DNA of 64,000 nt from an uncultured Methanosarcinales archaeon (GTDB lineage Archaea > Nanobdellota > Nanobdellia > Woesearchaeales > GW2011-AR15): positions 296-64,295 of the forward strand of contig CAZHYZ010000002.1 of assembly GCA_964537195.1 (NCBI GenBank), written 5' to 3'. The notes beneath the pieces are model-generated. The model was not told the DNA's origin, did not search any database, and was given only the letters and a program-made list of their open reading frames with translations. A program made the translations under genes and the position numbers. This document shows positions 28,551-37,709 of the stretch, piece after piece (positions within the stretch are counted from its first letter, which is position 1; the number at the start of each line of letters is the position of its first letter).

Positions 28551-29966
28551 GTGAGTTCAAAAGAAAGTGAAGAGATAAAAAAATTTCTTGGAAATGAATA
28601 TAAGTATGGTTTTAGAGATCCTGAAAAATTTTCTTTCAAGACTAAGAAAGGACTTAATGAAAAAATAGTCAGACAAATTTCAGAAATAAAAAAGGAACCT
28701 AAGTGGATGACTGAGATGAGACTAAAAGGATATAAACATTTCAAAGAAAGGCCACTTCCTTTGTGGGGTGCAGATCTCAGACAAATTGATTTTCAAGACA
28801 TCTATTATTATGGAAAACCAGAAGGTGAACAAAGTAGAAGCTGGGATGATGTTCCCGAATATATAAAAAAGACATTTGATAGACTTGGAATTCCTGAGGC
28901 CGAAAAAAAATTTCTTTCGGGTGTGGGTGCGCAATATGAATCAGAAGTTGTATATCACAATCTGAAAAAAGATCTTGAAAAGAAAGGTGTTATCTTCTTA
29001 GATATGGACGGTGGATTAAGAGAACATCCCAAACTTGTGAAAAGGTGGTTTGGAAAAATCATACCCTATAATGATAATAAACTGGCAGCATTAAATACTG
29101 CTGTCTGGTCCGGAGGTTCTTTTATTTATGTTCCTCCCGGAGTTAAAGTGGATTTGCCTTTGCAGGCATATTTTAGGATAAATGCAAAAAACATGGGGCA
29201 ATTTGAAAGAACCTTAATTATTGCAGACAAAGGAGCACATGTTCATTATGTAGAGGGCTGTACTGCCCCCGTATATGCTTCTGATTCTCTACATAGTGCA
29301 GTAGTGGAACTTATTGCTATGGAAGGCTCTACCATAAGATATACAACAATCCAGAATTGGTCCAATAATGTGTTTAATCTAGTAACTAAGAGGGCAATTG
29401 CTCATAAAAATTCTCGCGTTGAATGGATTGACGGAAATCTTGGAAGCAAAATAACAATGAAATATCCTGCTATTATTTTATTAGAAGAGGGTGCACACGG
29501 AGAGGTAATTTCTGTTGCATTTGCAGGAAAAGACCAACATCAAGATGCTGGTGCAAAAATAATTCACTTGGCACCAAAGACAACTTCACAAATAATATCT
29601 AAATCAATATCTAAGGATGGGGGAAGGGCATCCTATAGAGGCTTGTTGAAAGTAGAAAAGGGTTGTAAAGATGTTAAGTCAAGTGTTGTTTGTGATGCCT
29701 TGATCCTAGATGAAAAGTCTGCTTCTGATACTTTCCCTTATATGGAAATAAAGGAAAAAGATGTTTCTATAGGTCATGAGGCGTCTGTTGGAAGGGTTTC
29801 TGAAGAACAGTTATTTTATCTTATGTCTAGGGGGTTTGATGAAGAACAGGCGCTAGGAATGATTGTAAGGGGATTCATGGATGAATTTGTTAGAGAACTT
29901 CCTATGGAATATGCCATAGAACTAAATCGGCTCATTGAATTGAATATGGAGGGCTCTGTAGGATAA
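28551..29966 (+). CDS. sufB: Fe-S cluster assembly protein SufB
   Basis: [42 protein letters not shown]. Confidence 0.97.
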   Translation: MSSKESEEIKKFLGNEYKYGFRDPEKFSFKTKKGLNEKIVRQISEIKKEPKWMTEMRLKGYKHFKERPLPLWGADLRQIDFQDIYYYGKPEGEQSRSWDDVPEYIKKTFDRLGIPEAEKKFLSGVGAQYESEVVYHNLKKDLEKKGVIFLDMDGGLREHPKLVKRWFGKIIPYNDNKLAALNTAVWSGGSFIYVPPGVKVDLPLQAYFRINAKNMGQFERTLIIADKGAHVHYVEGCTAPVYASDSLHSAVVELIAMEGSTIRYTTIQNWSNNVFNLVTKRAIAHKNSRVEWIDGNLGSKITMKYPAIILLEEGAHGEVISVAFAGKDQHQDAGAKIIHLAPKTTSQIISKSISKDGGRASYRGLLKVEKGCKDVKSSVVCDALILDEKSASDTFPYMEIKEKDVSIGHEASVGRVSEEQLFYLMSRGFDEEQALGMIVRGFMDEFVRELPMEYAIELNRLIELNMEGSVG

Positions 29967-29968
29967 AC

Positions 29969-31180
29969 ATGACAAGTATATATGATAAATCTATATTAAA
30001 AAAGATTAAACAAAGTACTGTTGAACCTAAAACAATGTATGAAAAAAGGCAACTTGGCTTTCAATTATTTAAAAAATTGCCCCTTCCTTCTCAAAAATCA
30101 GAGGGCTGGAAATACACGGACATAAAAGACCTCAATTTAAATGAATTTCTGCCAGGAAAACAAAAAGTAGAATTTATTGGGCAAAACAAGGAATTAGAAA
30201 AGAAAGGTGTTATTTTTACAGACATAAGAACCGCATTAGAAAAACATTTTGATATTATTAAAGAATGTCTGCCAATGTCTCTGGTATCATACAAAGAAGA
30301 TAAATTCACTGCTATGCACGCAGCTTTTTGGAACGAAGGTGTTTTTATTTATTTGCCTAAAAACATAAAATTGGAGTTGCCTTTGAGAAACAGATTTTAT
30401 ATTAGCAGAAAAGGTGGTTTTTTTAATCATGCTTTAATTATCTTAGAACAAAACTCTTCGTTGAAATATATTGAAGAACACGTTTCTGAAGAAGGAGATT
30501 ATGTCGCATTAAGAAGCGATGTTGTTGAGATTTATGCTAAAGAAAATTCTTCTCTGGATTTTCACAACCTACAAAATTGGGTGGACAATGTTATTAACTT
30601 TTCAAACTGGTCAGCAAATTTAGAAAGAAACAGCAAAGTCAATTGGTTTTTTGGACAATTTGGAGGAAAGATAAGTAGAGTAAAAATTGACTCTTTTTTC
30701 AATGGGCCAGGATCTGAATCACATAATTGTGGGGTTTTTTATGGGAACAAAAACCAGCATTTTGATATTACTACAAATGCGCATCACATTGAACCACATA
30801 CTACCGGAAACATAATTGTTAAAGGTGTTCTAGACAACCATTCTACTTCTGTGTATAGAGGGAAAATAAAAATAGATAAAACTGCCCAAGACACAAACTC
30901 TTATTTATCTGATCACTCATTAATTTTAAGTGAACATGCTGTCTCAAATTCTGTACCTACTTTAGAGATTGATGCTAATGAAGTATCAGCTAGTCATAGT
31001 GCTACACTTGGTAGACCAGATGAAGAAGAAATATTCTATCTAATGTCTCGCGGTTTATCTAGAAAAGAAGCAGAAAAACTTATAATTTTGGGGTTCTTTA
31101 GTGAGATAACTGAGAAAATAGAGATTGATGATTTAAGACTGGGATTTGAAAAAAGTCTTCAAAAAAAGTATTTTAGATAA
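29969..31180 (+). CDS. sufD: Fe-S cluster assembly protein SufD
   Basis: EGWKYTD, GKIKIDKTAQDT, PTLEIDANEVSASHSATLG, YLMSRG. Confidence 0.94.
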   Translation: MTSIYDKSILKKIKQSTVEPKTMYEKRQLGFQLFKKLPLPSQKSEGWKYTDIKDLNLNEFLPGKQKVEFIGQNKELEKKGVIFTDIRTALEKHFDIIKECLPMSLVSYKEDKFTAMHAAFWNEGVFIYLPKNIKLELPLRNRFYISRKGGFFNHALIILEQNSSLKYIEEHVSEEGDYVALRSDVVEIYAKENSSLDFHNLQNWVDNVINFSNWSANLERNSKVNWFFGQFGGKISRVKIDSFFNGPGSESHNCGVFYGNKNQHFDITTNAHHIEPHTTGNIIVKGVLDNHSTSVYRGKIKIDKTAQDTNSYLSDHSLILSEHAVSNSVPTLEIDANEVSASHSATLGRPDEEEIFYLMSRGLSRKEAEKLIILGFFSEITEKIEIDDLRLGFEKSLQKKYFR

Positions 31181-31181
31181 A

Positions 31182-32411
31182 ATGTATGATATAAAAAAAA
31201 TTAGGAAAGATTTTCCAATACTTGGTAGGAAAATCAGAAGTAAAAAACTGATATATCTAGATAACGCAGCAACAACACAAAAACCAAAACAAGTTCTTGA
31301 AAGCATAAAAGAGTACTATGAAAAAAATAATGCCAACATACATAGAGGAGTGCATTTGTTATCTGAAGAAGCTACTGAAATGTATAATGAAGCACATGGA
31401 AAGGTTGGATTATTTGTCAATTCTGAGTTTCCTAATGAAGAGATTATTTTTTTAAGAAACGCAACAGAAGGAATAAATCTCGTAATGTATGGTTGGGCTT
31501 TTCAAAATTTAAAAAGTGGAGACGAAGTCGTTTCGACCATTATGGAACACCACAGTAATTTTGTTCCATGGCAACAATTAGAGAAAAGAGGAATAAATGT
31601 CAAATACGTTGATATAAATGATGGGGGCGTCGTTGATATTGAAGACCTAAAAAGAAAAATAACTGAAAAAACAAAACTTGTTAGTTGTGTCCATGTCTCA
31701 AATGTTCTTGGAACCATAAATCCTGTTGGAGAAATAGCAAAAATTGCACACGATGCAGGAGCACTTTTTCTTTTAGATGCTGCCCAATCCGTTCCTCACA
31801 TGTGTGTTGATGTGAGAAAAATTGATTGTGATTTCATGGTGTTTTCTGGTCACAAAATGTTGGCTCCGACTGGAATTGGGGCATTATATGGAAAAAAGCA
31901 TCTCCTTGAAAAAATGTCTCCTTTTCTTTTTGGTGGAGATATGATAAAAGAAGTTACAACTAAAAAAAGTACGTGGAATGACTTGCCATGGAAATTTGAA
32001 GCAGGAACCCCAAATATTTCGGGAGGAATTGCCTTTGGTGCTGCAGTTGATTACTTAAACGGGCTTGGTATGGAAAATGTGGAAAAACATGTTTCTTCTC
32101 TCACAGAATATGCGGTAAACATGTTAAATGAGATAGAGGGAATAAAAATATATGGGCCAACCAATCCAGAATTAAGAAAAGGAGTTATTAGTTTTGATGT
32201 TCGAGGCATTCATCCACATGATGTTGCAAGTATCTTAGATACAGAGTATGGTGTTGCTGTTCGAAGTGGTTATCACTGTGCACAACCCCTGCATGAAAGG
32301 TTGAAAGCAAAAACAAGTACTCGAGCCAGCTTCTATATTTACAATACAAAAGAAGAAATTGATGTTTTAATAAAAGGACTAAAAAAAGTGAAGGGAGTTT
32401 TTAGAAAATGA
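31182..32411 (+). CDS. sufS: Cysteine desulfurase SufS (start set at 31182)
   Basis: YLDNAATTQKP, EHHSN, LDAAQSVPH, SGHKM, RSGYHCAQP. Confidence 0.97.
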   Translation: MYDIKKIRKDFPILGRKIRSKKLIYLDNAATTQKPKQVLESIKEYYEKNNANIHRGVHLLSEEATEMYNEAHGKVGLFVNSEFPNEEIIFLRNATEGINLVMYGWAFQNLKSGDEVVSTIMEHHSNFVPWQQLEKRGINVKYVDINDGGVVDIEDLKRKITEKTKLVSCVHVSNVLGTINPVGEIAKIAHDAGALFLLDAAQSVPHMCVDVRKIDCDFMVFSGHKMLAPTGIGALYGKKHLLEKMSPFLFGGDMIKEVTTKKSTWNDLPWKFEAGTPNISGGIAFGAAVDYLNGLGMENVEKHVSSLTEYAVNMLNEIEGIKIYGPTNPELRKGVISFDVRGIHPHDVASILDTEYGVAVRSGYHCAQPLHERLKAKTSTRASFYIYNTKEEIDVLIKGLKKVKGVFRK

Positions 32412-32803
32412 GTATTGATATGTACCAAGAAAACATTTTGGATCATTATGAAAATCCAAGGAATTTTGGACATTTAAAGAAGTATGATATAAATATAGGT
32501 GATTCTAATCCTGTTTGTGGAGACAAATTTAATTTTGAGATGAATTTTGAAAAAAATAAAATAAAAGATGTGAAGTTCTCGGGGCATGGTTGTGCTATTT
32601 CTACTTCGTCTGCTTCCATGTTAAGTGAAAAAATTAAAGGTCTTCCTTTGAAAGAAATAAAGAAGATGGAGAAGAAAGACATAATAGACATGATGGGTAT
32701 CCCTATAAGTCATGTCAGAATAAAATGTGCGATGCTTCCTTTGAAAATTATAAAATTAGGCATTTATGATTACTTAAACAAAAAAACTGAAAAACAGAGT
32801 TAG
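32408..32803 (+). CDS. sufU: SUF system sulfur-transfer protein SufU
   Basis: ILDHYENPRN, NPVCGD, GCAISTSSAS, RIKCAML. Confidence 0.95.
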   Translation: MSIDMYQENILDHYENPRNFGHLKKYDINIGDSNPVCGDKFNFEMNFEKNKIKDVKFSGHGCAISTSSASMLSEKIKGLPLKEIKKMEKKDIIDMMGIPISHVRIKCAMLPLKIIKLGIYDYLNKKTEKQS

Positions 32804-32817
32804 TTTTCTATAGAAGT

Positions 32818-33207
32818 ATGAAAATATATGTCTTGGGAAATCCTTTGGTAGAAATTGATTCTCTTCCCATTAAATTACTGCTCAAACTAGAGGATATGTT
32901 TCCAAAAATACAATTCATAGAGTTAGATCCTAGCGAAGATTTCGACACTTCTGAAAAAACATTAAATCTCTTGGACACTGCACTTGGTCTAAAAAAAGTT
33001 CAGTTGATAAAGGACATAGATAAAATTGTTGTTGAAAGGGCTTGTTCACTACATGATTTTGACCTTGGCCACAATCTGAAAATAATGAAAAAGTTTGGCC
33101 TTATAGAAGAAGTAAATATAATTGGTGTTCCTCCAAAAATGAATGAAATGGTCGCAATAAAACAAATAAAAGAAATTATAACCAATTTATTTTCAAGAAG
33201 TGAGTAG
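32818..33207 (+). CDS. Hydrogenase maturation protease-like protein
   Basis: LGNPL...D, LLDTA, SLHDFDL and IIGVP match the HycI/HyaD pattern; adjacent to the large subunit. Confidence 0.72.
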   Translation: MKIYVLGNPLVEIDSLPIKLLLKLEDMFPKIQFIELDPSEDFDTSEKTLNLLDTALGLKKVQLIKDIDKIVVERACSLHDFDLGHNLKIMKKFGLIEEVNIIGVPPKMNEMVAIKQIKEIITNLFSRSE

Positions 33208-34465
33208 CACAACTCATGCAGGGATCATACGCTCTTATTATTTTTTCAATTTCTAGTGCCATTTTTTGTTTTTCCATATCAAGATTCTTTTCAACAAATA
33301 ATTTTATGTCTTCCTCAATATTAATCTGGTTTTGTTGTGTGGGTACGATAACGTCTACGTGAGTTACTGTTCCCTTTTCATCTAAGTCTACTTTATAATA
33401 TAATGTTCCTCTGGGTGCTTCGATTACTCCTATGCCTGATGATTTCTTTGGTTTTAGTATGTTTAGTTTCTCTTTCTCGAATCTGGTGTTTTCCAAGAGT
33501 TCTATAGAATGGTCTATTGCATGAAGTGTCTCTATTGCCTGAGCTAAATTGTTATCAAAAACATTCTTGCTTGGAAACCATTTCAAAAAGTCTGCTGCGT
33601 CTCTTTTTGTGTTTTCGTGGAGTGCTTCTTTGTTTAGGTTAATTCTTGACAACGAACCGACAAAATAATTTCCCCCTTCAAACATGTATCCTGTTGCAGT
33701 AGAGTAAGGAATTACTGTTCTTTCGAGGTGCTGTATGTAATCTGGTTCTTCTATTGTTGTGTTGTTGGATGTTTTTATCTTTCCGTCCATAAAACTAAAA
33801 TCCTTGGAAATTTGTGCCACAAACGTTGTGTCTCTTTGCAATGTTTGATCCCATTCTTGAAATATCTTCATTAATCTGATTACTTTGGGCCTTACTTCTT
33901 TTAGTTCCTTAATGGATTTTTTGATTGAATCTGGTTCTGGAAATTTAGAAAATCCACCGACCATTGGATATGGTGCATGGACGGCTTTCCCTGCAACTGC
34001 TATGCTTAAGTTGTTTCCTGCAGATTTAACTGCAAAAGCATCATGAACCAAATCATGTTCTTCTGGATTCTTTTGGTCAAATTCTAACACAGAATCTTTG
34101 TTGAAAACATCTGGCAAAGTAAAGAAATACAAGTGGAGTGCATGGTCTCTAATCATCATACCATATGTTGTTAATTTTCTTAATATCTTGATTTGTTCAC
34201 TTGGTTCGTGGCCGAGTGCATTCTCAATGGCTTTAATACAACAAAGTAAATGTGCTATACTGCAGGTTCCACAAATACGCGACATCCGAGATGGCGCGGC
34301 AATAAATGGTTTTCCTTCTATTGCTGTAGTATAAAATCGTTTGTTTTCTGTTATCTTAAATTTAATGTCTTCTACTTTGCCATCCCTTACTTTAAGATCT
34401 AGTTCTCCATGTCCTTCTATTTTACTCAATTTATCAATACTTAAATCTATGTCTACGTTATGCAT
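33176..34465 (-). CDS. [NiFe]-hydrogenase large subunit (group 3-like)
   Basis: KIEGH, RICGTCSIAH, HALHLY, EAPRGTL, VPTQQN, DPCMSCATH plus a 7-aa cleavable tail. Confidence 0.92.
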   Translation of the reverse strand: MHNVDIDLSIDKLSKIEGHGELDLKVRDGKVEDIKFKITENKRFYTTAIEGKPFIAAPSRMSRICGTCSIAHLLCCIKAIENALGHEPSEQIKILRKLTTYGMMIRDHALHLYFFTLPDVFNKDSVLEFDQKNPEEHDLVHDAFAVKSAGNNLSIAVAGKAVHAPYPMVGGFSKFPEPDSIKKSIKELKEVRPKVIRLMKIFQEWDQTLQRDTTFVAQISKDFSFMDGKIKTSNNTTIEEPDYIQHLERTVIPYSTATGYMFEGGNYFVGSLSRINLNKEALHENTKRDAADFLKWFPSKNVFDNNLAQAIETLHAIDHSIELLENTRFEKEKLNILKPKKSSGIGVIEAPRGTLYYKVDLDEKGTVTHVDVIVPTQQNQINIEEDIKLFVEKNLDMEKQKMALEIEKIIRAYDPCMSCATHFLKINWL

Positions 34466-34946
34466 TTACAACACCAAATTCTTTTAGATATTTAGTTAGT
34501 ACTTCAATGAAAACCTCTTCCTTCATTGGACAGCCATCTACTTCATCATCAACATCGACAACTTCTTTTACTGTCTTAACATTTTCTGCAAGACCCCATC
34601 TTTCTATTATTGGGATTATGCTCTTTTTCTTATCCTCCGAAAATTCGTTTCTTTGTGCAGAGGGAGTACCCTTAACTGCACACGACCCTATTGCCACTAA
34701 TTTTTTCGAATTTTTTCTAATCTCCTGCAACTCTTTGGAGTCTTTATCAGATGCAATAGCGCCCTCTACAAAAGCAACATCAATGTCTGAAAGTTCATTT
34801 TTTGATTGGAGCACGTTTGCATGCCTAAACTCTAATAAAGGAAGCCATTCCTTGTAATGATCATTAAGAAGTTCCATAAAAACAATTGTAGAATCTTCAC
34901 AGCATGAAAATGAGAACCAACCTATTTTTAGTTTTTTGTCTGCCAT
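34458..34946 (-). CDS. [NiFe]-hydrogenase small subunit, proximal-cluster domain only
   Basis: SCCEDS, FVEGA, AIGSCA, DGCP (NuoB/20-kDa family); 162 aa. Confidence 0.87.
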   Translation of the reverse strand: MADKKLKIGWFSFSCCEDSTIVFMELLNDHYKEWLPLLEFRHANVLQSKNELSDIDVAFVEGAIASDKDSKELQEIRKNSKKLVAIGSCAVKGTPSAQRNEFSEDKKKSIIPIIERWGLAENVKTVKEVVDVDDEVDGCPMKEEVFIEVLTKYLKEFGVVNA

Positions 34947-35018
34947 AATTTAATTCAATTTTGAAAGGTATTTAAAATTTGTGTAAAAAATATAAACATA
35001 CTCACTATTTAGAAAAAC

Positions 35019-35231
35019 ATGTGCCTACAAATCCCTGGAAAGGTTGTCTCTGTTGAAAAAAACAAGGCCGTGATTGATTATGACTTAGAGAAAAGAGAAG
35101 CTGTTATTGCTGATGTTAAGTGTGATGTTGGAGACTGGGTTCTTGTTGTTGGACAATTTATAGTAGAGAAAGTCCCTTCAGATGTTGGAAGAGAAAGCCT
35201 TAATCAGTGGAAAAAAATCCGGCTTGATTAA
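35019..35231 (+). CDS. hypC: HypC/HybG/HupF hydrogenase chaperone
   Basis: MCLQIPGKVV N-terminus, VGDWVLV. Confidence 0.9.
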   Translation: MCLQIPGKVVSVEKNKAVIDYDLEKREAVIADVKCDVGDWVLVVGQFIVEKVPSDVGRESLNQWKKIRLD

Positions 35232-35937
35232 GTGCATCTATGTTTGCTTGTGTATAGGTGTTTATATTTGAGATTTCTCTTTTTGTAAGTATTCTACAAG
35301 CATGATCCCAATGTATGCCAATTTCGTATCCTTTTTTTGGAGATAAAAAAGTGTTCATGATTTCTTTTTTCTCTTTTTCTGCAAAGATAAGTTTTCCTTT
35401 TCTAATTTGAAGGGGGTTTTTTTCTATAATTAGTTTGTTTTCCTTTATTTCTAATACTTGGCCTATTGAAACTATGCAGTTATTCATCGTAACTATGTTT
35501 GTCGGGACAGAACCACTCGTCATGCCTACACCAACAAAGAGTACATTAAACGTGTGGTGTGGATTCATTTTCTCTGGAAGCTTTTTTTTAAGTCTCTGGG
35601 CATACATTTCAGGAAGGCCCCTTTTTACTAGTGAGTCTATTATGTCTAAATGGTCTTTTTTAGAAAAATTATCTAGAAGGTTGTTTCCAAGCCAATAGCT
35701 TTCGATAACCTCGTAATCAAAGGGGGTTTTTTTGTTCTTTTCTGCTATTTTCTTTAGATAGATATATAGGCCTTCATATTTCTCAAAATGGTTAATTACT
35801 TTATCCTTATTATAGTCTTTGTCATTAAGAAGTTTCCATAATTCTTTATATGATCCATTGGGTCCACAATAATTCAGCTTGTTTGTAATATAAGAAAAAC
35901 TAGCTAAAAGCTCTAGTGCTTTGTCTTGGACAACCAT
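35200..35937 (-). CDS. DUF6390-like protein
   Basis: NKLNYCGP, EGLYIYL, VIESYWLGN, PHHTFNV, NNCIV, IHWDHAC; family recalled from memory. Confidence 0.7.
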   Translation of the reverse strand: MVVQDKALELLASFSYITNKLNYCGPNGSYKELWKLLNDKDYNKDKVINHFEKYEGLYIYLKKIAEKNKKTPFDYEVIESYWLGNNLLDNFSKKDHLDIIDSLVKRGLPEMYAQRLKKKLPEKMNPHHTFNVLFVGVGMTSGSVPTNIVTMNNCIVSIGQVLEIKENKLIIEKNPLQIRKGKLIFAEKEKKEIMNTFLSPKKGYEIGIHWDHACRILTKREISNINTYTQANIDALNQAGFFSTD

Positions 35938-36827
35938 AGTTCTGAAACCTTTTTGAGATTAAACTGTGATGTAGAATTCATGAAAACAACAATCCCTGCA
36001 ATTATTAGTACCATGCTTGTTGCATTAGTTAGTGTTAGTGGTGTTCCTGTCGTAAATTTCAATAAAGTTGTAATAGGCGATCCCAGTAATAAGATAGCAG
36101 AAGCCAAAGACACAGGTACTTTTTTGAGGCCATTATACCAAGTGAAAACATACAAGAAAAGCATTCCTGATGTAATAAATATCCATGTTAATTGTGGTGT
36201 CGTAATGGTCTGTATAATTACAAATTTTTCTGTTGCTGCAAGATAGATTAATATGAATAATGAACCAAAAAACATTCTGCCAAAGGCCACCATATTTCCA
36301 GAAAGCTCTATTAATGTGTGTTTGGAAATTATATTTTCTGCTGCCCACAAAATTGTAGCAACCAAAATCATCAAATCTCCATAATTAAAACTCCAAGAAG
36401 GTCTCAATAGAAGATAGTTTCCTGTTATCAACAACATAGACGCGGCAATAACTTTTTTGTCAAGTTTTTCCTTCAGAAAAATTATTGCAAACATGGTCAC
36501 AAATATGAAAAGTGATTTATGAATTAATGCTGCACTTGCCCCAGTTGTCAATTGGAGTCCTCTGAAAAACAAAAGAAAGGGAACAGAACCCCCTACAAGA
36601 CCAATTAAGACAATTTTAAACCAGTCTTCTTTCTTTAATTGTGAAAATTCTTTAAGGTTGTTTAATCCAAAAATTAGTGAGAACAAGAAAATTGCAACAA
36701 CGAAATTTTTTGAAAAGGTGAATACACCCGAGTCTATACCTGTGACTCCATATTGATTAAGAAAAATGGAAACTCCACTAATAACTGCGGTAGACAAAAC
36801 AAGTAATAAATGTTTTTTATTTTTCAT
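35913..36827 (-). CDS. EamA/DMT-family transporter
   Basis: About 10 TM helices in two EamA repeats; IFLKEKL, YGDLMILVATILWA. Confidence 0.9.
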   Translation of the reverse strand: MKNKKHLLLVLSTAVISGVSIFLNQYGVTGIDSGVFTFSKNFVVAIFLFSLIFGLNNLKEFSQLKKEDWFKIVLIGLVGGSVPFLLFFRGLQLTTGASAALIHKSLFIFVTMFAIIFLKEKLDKKVIAASMLLITGNYLLLRPSWSFNYGDLMILVATILWAAENIISKHTLIELSGNMVAFGRMFFGSLFILIYLAATEKFVIIQTITTPQLTWIFITSGMLFLYVFTWYNGLKKVPVSLASAILLLGSPITTLLKFTTGTPLTLTNATSMVLIIAGIVVFMNSTSQFNLKKVSELWLSKTKH

Positions 36828-36834
36828 AAATTAC

Positions 36835-36846
36835 TACAAATTTGTA
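36835..36846. promoter_or_regulatory. Perfect 12-bp palindrome in the divergent promoter between the DMT and FNR genes
   Basis: TACAAATTTGTA, 7 nt upstream of the DMT start codon. Confidence 0.3.
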
Positions 36847-36943
36847 AATTATAAAAGTTTTACTATATTGTGTAAGTGTAGATATTTTTATAAATCATAT
36901 AGACAATTATACTGAACATATCCTGAAAAGAGGTGTTTTTAAC

Positions 36944-37633
36944 ATGCACAAATCAAAAGTAATTAAACTAATTAAAGAAACTCACGATACTTGGACAATA
37001 CAGTTTGAAAGGCCAGAAAATTTTGATTATAAGCCCGGACAGTATTGTATCTTTGAGAAAAAAATGGGTGACGAATTAATTAGGAGATCTTATTCGTTGT
37101 CTTCTTCTCCAACTGAGGAATTCCTTCAGATAACTGTTAAACACATACCCAATGGAAAAATGTCTACCTACCTTACTCAATGCTCTTCTGGAGAGGTGTT
37201 GAAATACAATGGCCCTATTGGAAAATTTGTGTTTGATGAAACTTATAATAATGTGGTTTTTATTGCGGGAGGCTCTGGCATAAGTCCTTTTAGAAGCATG
37301 CTTAAGTACGTTTTAGATAAAAAATTACAAACAAAAGTAACTGTGATTTATGGTTCAAGATCTCCAAAAGACATTATTTTAAAAGAGGAGTTAGAAGAAC
37401 ATAACAAAAGAGAGAATGTTAACCTATATTTGACTGTGGATTATCCGGACGAAGAATGGAAGTTTCATTCTGGATTTATTGATATAGATTTCATAAAAGA
37501 AGCAACAAAGAATGACTTGTTTGATAAGGATTATTTTCTAATAGGGCCACCACCCATGGTAACTAATGTAAAAAACGGTCTCATGAAAGCAAATGTCCCA
37601 GAACCCCAGATTCATGTTGATGCATGGGGTTAG
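36944..37633 (+). CDS. FAD/NAD(P)-binding oxidoreductase (ferredoxin-NADP reductase-like, no Fe-S domain)
   Basis: YKPGQY, RRSYSLSS, GKMSTYL, FIAGGSGISPF, GPPPMV; GAGGTG Shine-Dalgarno. Confidence 0.9.
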   Translation: MHKSKVIKLIKETHDTWTIQFERPENFDYKPGQYCIFEKKMGDELIRRSYSLSSSPTEEFLQITVKHIPNGKMSTYLTQCSSGEVLKYNGPIGKFVFDETYNNVVFIAGGSGISPFRSMLKYVLDKKLQTKVTVIYGSRSPKDIILKEELEEHNKRENVNLYLTVDYPDEEWKFHSGFIDIDFIKEATKNDLFDKDYFLIGPPPMVTNVKNGLMKANVPEPQIHVDAWG

Positions 37634-37698
37634 GCATTATAATGCCCTTATAATGGTGTTATAATGCATTATATAATGCGTTATAATGCATTATAATT
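37633..37698. repeat. Helically phased TTATAATG repeat array with embedded palindromes
   Basis: Units at 37637, 37648, 37659, 37671 (variant), 37681 and 37691 (variant); palindromes GGCATTATAATGCC (37633-37646) and GCATTATATAATGC (37666-37679). Confidence 0.85.
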
Positions 37699-37709
37699 GA
37701 TCTTGTCTT

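Noticed and set aside
37633-37698. CRISPR array
   Set aside because: The units are 8 bp with 2-4 bp spacers, and there are no cas genes in the window.
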